Positions 16,165 to 23,619 of a DNA stretch of 43,225 bases are shown one piece after another. A model generated the notes under the pieces. That model saw only the letters and a list, made by a program, of their open reading frames with translations. It was not told the origin of the DNA and ran no database searches. The first letter of the stretch is position 1; each line of letters opens with the position of its first letter. Position numbers and translations under genes: made by a program. This stretch comes from a virus, in the IMG/VR virus record IMGVR_UViG_3300045988_074507. One strand, given 5' to 3'.

Positions 16165-17151
16165 ATGAAAATTGAATTAATTAACGAAGATTGCTTAAAA
16201 GCAATGAAAAGCATAAAAAGCCAGAGTGTGGATATGATTTTGTGCGATCTGCCTTATAAAGTGACAGGGTGTGAATGGGATACACAATTGTTAGATATGG
16301 AAAAGTTGAAAGAACAGTATTTAAGGATTGTGAAACCGAACGGAATCATTGCATTATTTGCAATCCAACCGTTTAGCACGGTAGTTATGAATACTTTTGG
16401 AAAGTATTACAGTCATACGTGGTATTGGCAGAAGAATAATGCAACAGGGGGGGTATTTAGCAAGGTACAACCGATGCGTTGTATAGAAGAAATTCACATT
16501 TTTCGAAAGCTGACAACAAAAAATAATAAAGGACAGTTTTCAAAAACAAGGAATTATATGATTGAACAAAGGAAACTGACAAATTTGAAAACAAAAGAAC
16601 TGGATGAATTGCTAGGATCACAAATGGCAAAACATTATTTTACAACAGGCGAACAGTTTTCGATGCCAAAAGAGGACGATTATATAAAACTACAAACAAC
16701 CGGATTTTTTCAAATGCCGTATAAAGATCTAAAAAGAATGTACAACAGCGAAAAGAAAAAAGAAGATTTTCGATACTATCCACAGGGATTGCAAAAAGTA
16801 AATAGATTAATTGTAAACACCAAAGACAGAAGCGGAGAAATTTACAAAGAAAAAGCGAATGAGAGTATCCAGCAGTTTACAAATTATCCGAAACAGCTAA
16901 TTAAATTCAATACAGAGACAAAGCGAGAGCATCCAACGCAGAAACCAGTTAATTTACTTGAATATTTAATAAAAACATATACAAAAGAAAAAGAAGTGAT
17001 TATGGATAACTGTATGGGTAGCGGAAGCACTGGCGTAGCAGCGATTAAAGCGAATAGAAGTTTTATCGGAATTGAAATGGATACAAATTACTACAAGATA
17101 GCACAAAGAAGAATTGCAGAAATTAGCAAATGGAAAAGGAGCAAAGCATGA
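16165..17151 (+). CDS. DNA methyltransferase, N6-adenine/N4-cytosine type (beta-class motif order)
   Basis: 328 aa. Motif IV-like ILCDLPYK lies near the N-terminus and the AdoMet motif I-like MDNCMGSGSTGVAA near the C-terminus. No adjacent restriction gene. Confidence 0.8.
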   Translation: MKIELINEDCLKAMKSIKSQSVDMILCDLPYKVTGCEWDTQLLDMEKLKEQYLRIVKPNGIIALFAIQPFSTVVMNTFGKYYSHTWYWQKNNATGGVFSKVQPMRCIEEIHIFRKLTTKNNKGQFSKTRNYMIEQRKLTNLKTKELDELLGSQMAKHYFTTGEQFSMPKEDDYIKLQTTGFFQMPYKDLKRMYNSEKKKEDFRYYPQGLQKVNRLIVNTKDRSGEIYKEKANESIQQFTNYPKQLIKFNTETKREHPTQKPVNLLEYLIKTYTKEKEVIMDNCMGSGSTGVAAIKANRSFIGIEMDTNYYKIAQRRIAEISKWKRSKA

Positions 17152-17477
17152 GAGAAGCAGCGATTGAGAAAAGAGAATGTACAATGACAAACGTTCTTGC
17201 TGGAGTTTTTCCGATCGTAAAGGAAAGCGGAACAGCCAAAGCAGCAATGCCGGCGTATACGCTAGTAGCAAAAGGAAGCGACGGGAAGCTTGAAGCATTA
17301 ACAAATGAAACGGTAAGTAATGTAATTGGAATTACAGCAGAAGAAGCGGAAGCGGATGAAGTAATTGTTTACTATCAGACAGGGGAGTTTTTCAAAGATG
17401 CGATCAATATTCCGGCTGGAGTAGATGCAGAAGAAGCAAAAGAAGCTTTAAGAAAATTATCAATTTTTCTTAAATAG
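17148..17477 (+). CDS. Head decoration protein (lambda gpD-like)
   Basis: About 109 aa between the protease and major capsid genes. ATG 17148 overlaps the methyltransferase stop (ATGA), with AAAAGGAG RBS. The call rests mainly on position and size. Confidence 0.5.
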   Translation: MREAAIEKRECTMTNVLAGVFPIVKESGTAKAAMPAYTLVAKGSDGKLEALTNETVSNVIGITAEEAEADEVIVYYQTGEFFKDAINIPAGVDAEEAKEALRKLSIFLK

Positions 17478-17493
17478 ATAACAGGAGGAGACA

Positions 17494-18549
17494 ATGGCAA
17501 ACGAAATTAGTATTTATAATCCCCGAACGATGGGGCGACTTGTGGAAAGATTACCGCAGGAAAGAACATTTTTAAGAGACACATTTTTTAGAAATGAAGA
17601 AATTTTCACAACAGAAAAAGTGGATGTAGATTACGTGAAAGGTAATAGAAAGGTAGCGCCAATCGTGAGCCGATTAGTTGGTGGAAAAATTGTACCTAAT
17701 ACGGGATATGAAACCAAATCATACAAACCGCCACTTGTAGCGCCAGAGGTAATTACAACAGTAGACGATATTTTAAAACGACTTCCAGGAGAAAGCCTAG
17801 TATCGAAGATCACACCAGAACAGCGAGCGGTTCAAAAAATGGCAAAAGATTTTGTCATGCTGGAAGGGCAGATTGTGCGACGTGAAGAGTTGATGTGTGC
17901 GCAAGCGCTATTTACTGGAAAAATTGAGTTGATCGGCGACGGAGTAAACGAACAGCTTGATTTTGGATTTGAAAACACAGAAAAACTGGCAGGACAGAAA
18001 AAATGGACAGACCAGGAACATTCTGATCCGATTAAAGACATTGAAAGATGGCGAAAAGAAGTACAGAAAAAAGGATTTGTAAACTGCGACGTTGCAATTA
18101 TGGGAAGCGACGCAAAAGACGCGTTTATTAATCATCCGAAGGTTAAAGAATTGCTAGATGTAAGAAACTATAATTTAGCAACAATTAAACCAAAGGAACT
18201 TCCAAACGGCGCAACATATATCGGATCAATTAACGGTTTAGGAATGGATATCTATACATACAACGAATGGTATTTGGATGATTGGACAGATCCAAACACA
18301 CCAACAACAAAACCACTTGTACCAGATAACGCAGTGGGACTATTAAGCACAGCGGCAAACTATTCGATGTATTACGGAGCTATTACATTAGTAGATGATA
18401 AGACAAAAGATTTTAGAACGGTAGCGGAGAAATATGTACCAGATACATATGTAGAGCGCAGACCAGTTCGAAGATTCCTTAATTTATCATCCGCACCGCT
18501 GGCAGTGCCGCACGAGATCGACAGTTGGTATGTTGGAGAGGTTGTATAG
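17494..18549 (+). CDS. Major capsid protein (lambda gpE-like)
   Basis: 351 aa. The N-terminus MANEISIYNPRTMGRLVERLPQERTFLRDTFF fits the Phage_cap_E family. Strong RBS and canonical position. Confidence 0.75.
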   Translation: MANEISIYNPRTMGRLVERLPQERTFLRDTFFRNEEIFTTEKVDVDYVKGNRKVAPIVSRLVGGKIVPNTGYETKSYKPPLVAPEVITTVDDILKRLPGESLVSKITPEQRAVQKMAKDFVMLEGQIVRREELMCAQALFTGKIELIGDGVNEQLDFGFENTEKLAGQKKWTDQEHSDPIKDIERWRKEVQKKGFVNCDVAIMGSDAKDAFINHPKVKELLDVRNYNLATIKPKELPNGATYIGSINGLGMDIYTYNEWYLDDWTDPNTPTTKPLVPDNAVGLLSTAANYSMYYGAITLVDDKTKDFRTVAEKYVPDTYVERRPVRRFLNLSSAPLAVPHEIDSWYVGEVV

Positions 18550-18564
18550 AAAAGGTGGTAACGT

Positions 18565-18906
18565 ATGGATTTTAAAAGCCAGTTGTTGGATGATATGAAA
18601 ATATTTCACAACGCAAAAGAAATGGCGGAAAAAATTGAAATTACATACCAGGGCAGCAGAAAAGTAGTTGCCGCGATCTTAGAAAGCGCAGAAGAAATTA
18701 CAAGACAAAAGAACGATCCGGCGCAAGGAATTAATGAAATTGATTCAATCTTGTATGTATCGCTTGAAGAAATGGGAGAAATACCAGAAAAAGGAAGCGA
18801 TATAGAAATTGGAACAAAAGAAACTGGATGGGTAAGGTATGAGATTGTGAAAAGTCATTACGAAGATGGAGAAATAATCTTAAATCTTATGAGGTATGAA
18901 GAATGA
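18565..18906 (+). CDS. Head-tail connector/adaptor candidate
   Basis: 113 aa directly after the capsid gene; positional call only. Confidence 0.4.
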   Translation: MDFKSQLLDDMKIFHNAKEMAEKIEITYQGSRKVVAAILESAEEITRQKNDPAQGINEIDSILYVSLEEMGEIPEKGSDIEIGTKETGWVRYEIVKSHYEDGEIILNLMRYEE

Positions 18907-19463
18907 TACAGATAACAAATGAAACTGTAGAAAAGGTAAATGCGATACTGTCCGGAGTGCCAAAAGGAGCGCAAAAGGCGTTATCGAATGCGATCAACCG
19001 TGGACTATCTAAGGTTAAAACAGGTGCTTTCAAATACGCAAGGAAAGTATATACAGTACAATCCGGAGCGCTAAACGCAGCTACAAAAACGTCTGTAAAA
19101 ACAACAAGCGCCGGAGATCTTGCAGGATATGTAAGTTTTTCCGGTGCAAAGATACCGTTGTACAAATTTAAGGTAACGCCGACAGTTCCGAAGCAGCACA
19201 CACTTGTAAAAGCTAGTGTGATGAAAGGTAGCGGGACAGCGTTTGAACACGCTTTTATTGCAGATATGCAAAGCGGACACACCGGAGTATTTGAACGAGA
19301 AACGTCAAAACGGTTTCCAATCGAAGAACTGATGGGATTATCTGCGGCGCAGATGATCGGAAACGACAAGGTTATAAAAGACGTAGAAAAAGACGCACAA
19401 GAAACAGTGAATAAGCGAATAGAGCATGAGATTGACAGATTGTTAAACGGATATGGAGGATAA
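18903..19463 (+). CDS. Tail completion protein, lambda gpZ-like
   Basis: 186 aa. The pattern ...VPKGAQKALSNAINRGLSKVKT...IPLYKFKV...HTGVFERETSKRFPIEEL resembles Minor_tail_Z. Confidence 0.45.
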   Translation: MIQITNETVEKVNAILSGVPKGAQKALSNAINRGLSKVKTGAFKYARKVYTVQSGALNAATKTSVKTTSAGDLAGYVSFSGAKIPLYKFKVTPTVPKQHTLVKASVMKGSGTAFEHAFIADMQSGHTGVFERETSKRFPIEELMGLSAAQMIGNDKVIKDVEKDAQETVNKRIEHEIDRLLNGYGG

Positions 19464-19465
19464 AT

Positions 19466-19954
19466 ATGACACCGATTGTATTGCTGGAATGTCTCGAAGA
19501 ATTTGTAAAAGAAAAAACAAAAGACATTATCTTACAAGTGCGTACAGCACCAGGCGAAAAAGACGATAAAGAACGAGCGGCATACATTTATAAAATGCAG
19601 TTGCCGAGAGAAAAGGATAAAACACAGAAGATCCCTTATATTTTGTTGCAAGTTTTAAACGGATCAGACGACAAAGAAAAAGACGAGCCGGAAAAAAGTA
19701 TGTGTAAAATACGGATGGTATTTGCGACGTATTCAGAAGACGGCGGACAAGGATCGTATGATGTGCTTAATCTGATCTTAAGAGTTCGTAGCGAGCTGGA
19801 AAAAGTCGGAATCATCGGTGGAAAATTTACGCTACAAAAGCCATTAGAGTATATTATTTATCCAGATAGCCCGTACCCGTATTATATCGGGGAAATGGTT
19901 ACAAATTGGAGTATGCCAACGATCAAACGAGAAGTTGAACAGTATTGGCAGTAA
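19466..19954 (+). CDS. Tail terminator/neck protein candidate
   Basis: 162 aa between the gpZ-like gene and the tube/sheath genes; positional call. Confidence 0.35.
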   Translation: MTPIVLLECLEEFVKEKTKDIILQVRTAPGEKDDKERAAYIYKMQLPREKDKTQKIPYILLQVLNGSDDKEKDEPEKSMCKIRMVFATYSEDGGQGSYDVLNLILRVRSELEKVGIIGGKFTLQKPLEYIIYPDSPYPYYIGEMVTNWSMPTIKREVEQYWQ

Positions 19955-19963
19955 GGCGGCACG

Positions 19964-20719
19964 ATGGCAAAGAAGAAAAAGAAATATACGGTAAAAAAGA
20001 ATCTGAAAAAAGTCAAAAAAGCGACAAAAAAACCAAAGAAAAAAGTTGTTAAAAAGAAAAAGACTACGACAAAAAAGACAACTACGCCGGTAAAAAATAC
20101 AGTAGTCAAAGAAAGTGCAACAATACAATTAAAAACAAAAAAAAGAGACACAACAACGATTGACTATGCAGTATATGAAGGTGGAACGGAATACATAGGA
20201 ATAACAGAGGTAAAAATGCCAGATCTGTCATTTTCGACTGAGAAAATAACGGGCGCAGGAATCATTGGCGAGGTTGAAGAAATTATGATCGGACGCATGT
20301 CGGCAATGACTGTAACGTTTAACTTTAGAACGATCACAGCGGCAGCAGTGAAGCTTTTGCAACCGTATGTGCATACGATTGATTTACGAGTGGCACAACA
20401 ACAAATTGATACAAACGGAAACAATAGCGTAGCAGCTGTAAAACACATTTTAAAAGTAAAACCGAAGAAGTTATCCCTGGGCAAAATAGAAAGCGCAACA
20501 AAGGCAGACGTGAGCGGAGAGTATGCTGTGACATACTATGCGTTATATATCAACAATGAAAAAGTAACAGAAATTGATCCGTTTAATTGTATTTGCAAGA
20601 TAAACGGAACAGATTATTTAAGCAGCGTGAACAATGTATTAAACACGACAACAAAAAAGAAAAAAGTAACCACAAAGAAGAAAAAGAAAAAAACGAAAAA
20701 GAAGAAAAAGAAGAAGTAG
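19964..20719 (+). CDS. Tail tube protein paralogue (P2 FII-like core) with poly-Lys/Thr N- and C-terminal extensions
   Basis: 251 aa. The core aligns with 22480-22998 (IDLRVAQQQ, H[IV]LKVKPKK and YINNEKVTEIDP are shared). N-terminus MAKKKKKYTVKKNLKKVKKATKKPKKKVVKKKKTTTKK; C-terminus TTKKKKVTTKKKKKKTKKKKKKK. Confidence 0.7.
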   Translation: MAKKKKKYTVKKNLKKVKKATKKPKKKVVKKKKTTTKKTTTPVKNTVVKESATIQLKTKKRDTTTIDYAVYEGGTEYIGITEVKMPDLSFSTEKITGAGIIGEVEEIMIGRMSAMTVTFNFRTITAAAVKLLQPYVHTIDLRVAQQQIDTNGNNSVAAVKHILKVKPKKLSLGKIESATKADVSGEYAVTYYALYINNEKVTEIDPFNCICKINGTDYLSSVNNVLNTTTKKKKVTTKKKKKKTKKKKKKK

Positions 20720-20728
20720 GAGGTAAAA

Positions 20729-21028
20729 ATGGCAGAGGAAAATAAGAAACAGCAGGCAAAGCAAATCCAGGAACAGGAAGAAAAACAACTCGTTTATATC
20801 GGTCCAACACTGCCAGGCGGAAAACTAAAATGCAATCAAATCTTTTTGGGAACAGAAGAAGCGATTAAAAACGAGATTAGAGAAGTTTTAGAAGAAAATC
20901 CACTGGTTGAAAAAATGCTTGTAGAAGTTACAGATCTGGCAGAGAAAAAACAGAAAGTAAAAACAGCGGGAAATATTTATAACAAATATTACAACGACAT
21001 TGCATCTACAGCGGATAAGGAGGAATAG
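20729..21028 (+). CDS. Hypothetical protein (99 aa)
   Basis: ORF with GGAGG RBS between the tube paralogue and the sheath gene. Confidence 0.6.
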   Translation: MAEENKKQQAKQIQEQEEKQLVYIGPTLPGGKLKCNQIFLGTEEAIKNEIREVLEENPLVEKMLVEVTDLAEKKQKVKTAGNIYNKYYNDIASTADKEE

Positions 21029-21033
21029 AACGA

Positions 21034-22458
21034 ATGGCAATCACACACGGAATTCATACGAATAAAGTAGCGACAAGCGTTTCGACACCGACTGAGGTAG
21101 AAACAGGGATTCACTTTGTTGTAGGGACTGCCCCGGTACATACAGTAAACGGGAAAGTAAACAAACCAATCATGCTGCAGAATTATAGCGAAGCAGCCGA
21201 ACAGTTAGGATATAGCGACGACTGGGAAAAATATAGCTTATGTGAAGAAATTTACACAGCTTTTCAGTTGTATGAAATTTCCCCAATCGTTGTAGTTAAC
21301 GTATTAGATCCGGCAAAACACAGAGGAGAAGCAAAAACAACAGAAGAAAATGTAGCAGATAACCAGATTGTTCTGCCAATCGAAACGATTAAGGATTCGA
21401 TCGAGATTACAGGAAAAACACAGGGGGAAGATTACGATACATTCTACACAGAAGAAGGATGCGTGATTGAATTCCTAGCAGACACAACAGGGAAAGTATC
21501 TGTGAAGCATACAGAGGTAGATCCTAGCAAGGTAACAAAAAAAGATATTATCGGAGGGTTGGACACATCGACACACAAAGCAACAGGATTTGAATTGATC
21601 GATTCCGTATTTCCAAAATTCACGATCGTTCCAGATCTGATTTTGTGTCCAAATTGGACACATGATCCAGAAGTTGCAGCAATCATGGCAGCCAAAGCGG
21701 AAAACATCAACGGCGTTTTTGACGCTAACGCAATTATTGACGTAGATACAACAACAAGCGGAGTGACATACTACGCAAACGTGCCAGAGTGGAAGAAAAA
21801 GAAGAATTTAACAAAACCAAACGAATTGGTTTGCTTCCCTAAATTAAAACTAGGAGATCGAATTTTCAACCACAGCACACAGCTCGCGGCGTTGATTTCA
21901 GCAGTAGATACCGACGAAGATTACGGGGACGGTTCGCCTTGCGAATCAGCTTCTAACAAACCGTTACAGGCAGATAGCGCAGTATTAGCATCCGGGGAAG
22001 AAGTTTTGCTTGATTTACAGCAAGCAAATTATTTAAATGACAACGGAGTTATTACAGCAATTAATTTTTACAACGGTTTCGTAAGTTGGGGAAATTATAC
22101 AGCAGCATTTCCGCAGAGTAGCGATCCAGTAGATTATTTTTATTGCATTTCAAGAATGTTTAAATGGGTAGCTAAAACGGTAACGTTAACGTACTGGAAT
22201 TCGCTAGACCGTAGAATGACAAGAAGGTTAATCGATGCGATCTTACAGGGTGTAAACGATTGGTTAAACGGTTTAACAACAGAAGAAAAGATTTTAGGCG
22301 GAAGAGTGGAATTTAGAGATGATGAAAACTCCTTGACTGCACTAATGGCAGGAAAAGCAAAGTTTCATATCTATTTAACACCGCCAAGCCCATTACAGGA
22401 AATGGAATTCACGCTCGAATATGACGTATCTTATTTAAGTGCAGCATTAGAAGCATAA
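21034..22458 (+). CDS. Contractile tail sheath protein (P2 FI-like)
   Basis: 474 aa immediately upstream of the tube gene. Size and the N-terminus MAITHGIHTNKVATSVSTP...GTAPVH are typical of sheath proteins. Confidence 0.75.
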   Translation: MAITHGIHTNKVATSVSTPTEVETGIHFVVGTAPVHTVNGKVNKPIMLQNYSEAAEQLGYSDDWEKYSLCEEIYTAFQLYEISPIVVVNVLDPAKHRGEAKTTEENVADNQIVLPIETIKDSIEITGKTQGEDYDTFYTEEGCVIEFLADTTGKVSVKHTEVDPSKVTKKDIIGGLDTSTHKATGFELIDSVFPKFTIVPDLILCPNWTHDPEVAAIMAAKAENINGVFDANAIIDVDTTTSGVTYYANVPEWKKKKNLTKPNELVCFPKLKLGDRIFNHSTQLAALISAVDTDEDYGDGSPCESASNKPLQADSAVLASGEEVLLDLQQANYLNDNGVITAINFYNGFVSWGNYTAAFPQSSDPVDYFYCISRMFKWVAKTVTLTYWNSLDRRMTRRLIDAILQGVNDWLNGLTTEEKILGGRVEFRDDENSLTALMAGKAKFHIYLTPPSPLQEMEFTLEYDVSYLSAALEA

Positions 22459-22479
22459 GAAGGCAGGAGGTAACAAAAA

Positions 22480-22998
22480 ATGAGTAAGATTGACACACTT
22501 GTCGTAAACTTTGCAGCATATGAAGATGCAACAGAGTTTTTGGGAATGACAGAAGCAACACTTCCAGATGTTGAGTATATGAGCGAAACACTTTCTGGAA
22601 GCGGGATCGCCGGAGAAATTGACGAAATTATCGCCGGGTATACATCCGCAATGACAACAACGTTAAATTTTAGGACTTATACAAAATCAGCGGTTAAATT
22701 ACTTGAACCGCGTATTCATAACATTGATTTACGAGTAGCGCAGCAGCAGACAGATTCCGGAACTGGAGATGTTGGAATCGTAGCAGTGCGACATGTTTTG
22801 AAAGTAAAACCAAAGAAAACAGCTATGGGAAAACTGTCAGCAGCATCCGAAGCAGATGTAAGTGGGGACTACTCAACAGCGTATTTGGCAACATATATCA
22901 ACAACGAAAAGGTAACAGAGATCGATCCGTTAAATAACAAATGCGTTATAAACGGGAAAGACTATCTTGCAGACGTAAGAAAAGCGTTAGGCAAGTAA
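22480..22998 (+). CDS. Tail tube protein (P2 FII-like)
   Basis: 172 aa following the sheath gene, with conserved tube-family blocks shared with 19964-20719. Confidence 0.75.
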   Translation: MSKIDTLVVNFAAYEDATEFLGMTEATLPDVEYMSETLSGSGIAGEIDEIIAGYTSAMTTTLNFRTYTKSAVKLLEPRIHNIDLRVAQQQTDSGTGDVGIVAVRHVLKVKPKKTAMGKLSAASEADVSGDYSTAYLATYINNEKVTEIDPLNNKCVINGKDYLADVRKALGK

Positions 22999-23010
22999 AA
23001 AAAGTAACAA

Positions 23011-23030
23011 GCTGGCGGGGAACCGCCAGC
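23011..23030 (+). terminator. GC hairpin after the tube gene (attenuator/terminator candidate)
   Basis: gctggcgg-ggaa-ccgccagc, a perfect 8-bp stem with no strong T-run. Confidence 0.4.
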
Positions 23031-23062
23031 AATAAATACAAACAAAGCGGAGGGAAACAGAA

Positions 23063-23440
23063 ATGAGCGAAACAAAAGCAAATGATACAAAAGTAATTGT
23101 AGAGACAGACGAAAATGAAAAAGATGTAGTCGAAGTCGTAGAAACACAAGGAAACTACACACATCATTTCTCAGAAGAACAGACATTCGGAGATAAAAAA
23201 TATAAAACATTAACGTTTTATTTTAACAATTTAACAGGAAGCGACATAGAAGCGATTGAAGAAGAGTTAACGGCGCAAAGTAAGTACATTATCAGTCCAG
23301 AAGTATCTTCTTTGTTCCAGGGAATGTTAGCGGCAAGAGCGGCAAACGTATCACATTACGATATCAGAAATTTACCGGTAAGAGACTACATGAAGATAAA
23401 AAACAAAGCGCGTGATTTTTTAGTAAATGCGGGCTATTAA
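23063..23440 (+). CDS. Tail assembly chaperone (gpG/gpE/XkdN analogue)
   Basis: 125 aa, acidic, located between the tube gene and the tape measure gene. Confidence 0.65.
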   Translation: MSETKANDTKVIVETDENEKDVVEVVETQGNYTHHFSEEQTFGDKKYKTLTFYFNNLTGSDIEAIEEELTAQSKYIISPEVSSLFQGMLAARAANVSHYDIRNLPVRDYMKIKNKARDFLVNAGY

Positions 23441-23616
23441 AAATAGAAAACCCGGCAAATTATTTGCGTAGACAAATTTTAAAAATTGCGAAAGCTTCGC
23501 ACACTCCAATTACATTTTTTTTAGATCTTCCGATCATGTCTTTGTATAGGTGGATAGAAAGCCTAAACGAAAACATAAACGAAGAACTGGAAGAAATGAA
23601 AAAGAAGAAAAGGTAG
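23063..23616 (+). CDS. Frameshift-extended tail assembly chaperone (gpGT/E+E' analogue; -1 shift at 23416-23422)
   Basis: The -1 frame extension ...FFSKCGLLKIENPANYLRRQILKIAKASHTPITFFLDLPIMSLYRWIESLNENINEELEEMKKKKR has no start codon of its own and ends just before the tape measure gene. Confidence 0.55.
23416..23422 (+). promoter_or_regulatory. -1 programmed ribosomal frameshift slippery heptamer T TTT TTA
   Basis: The zero-frame codons gaT TTT TTA fit X XXY YYZ. The -1 frame is open only from 23416 and runs to the stop at 23614-23616. Confidence 0.6.
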
Positions 23617-23619
23617 GAG

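Noticed and set aside
19964-20150. A-rich periodic sequence (aaaaagaaaaag...), also at 20641-20716 and 28752-28830, considered as tandem repeat or CRISPR-like arrays.
   Set aside because: These are runs of Lys/Thr codons inside ORFs with no spacer-repeat architecture. They are reported instead as protein low-complexity extensions.
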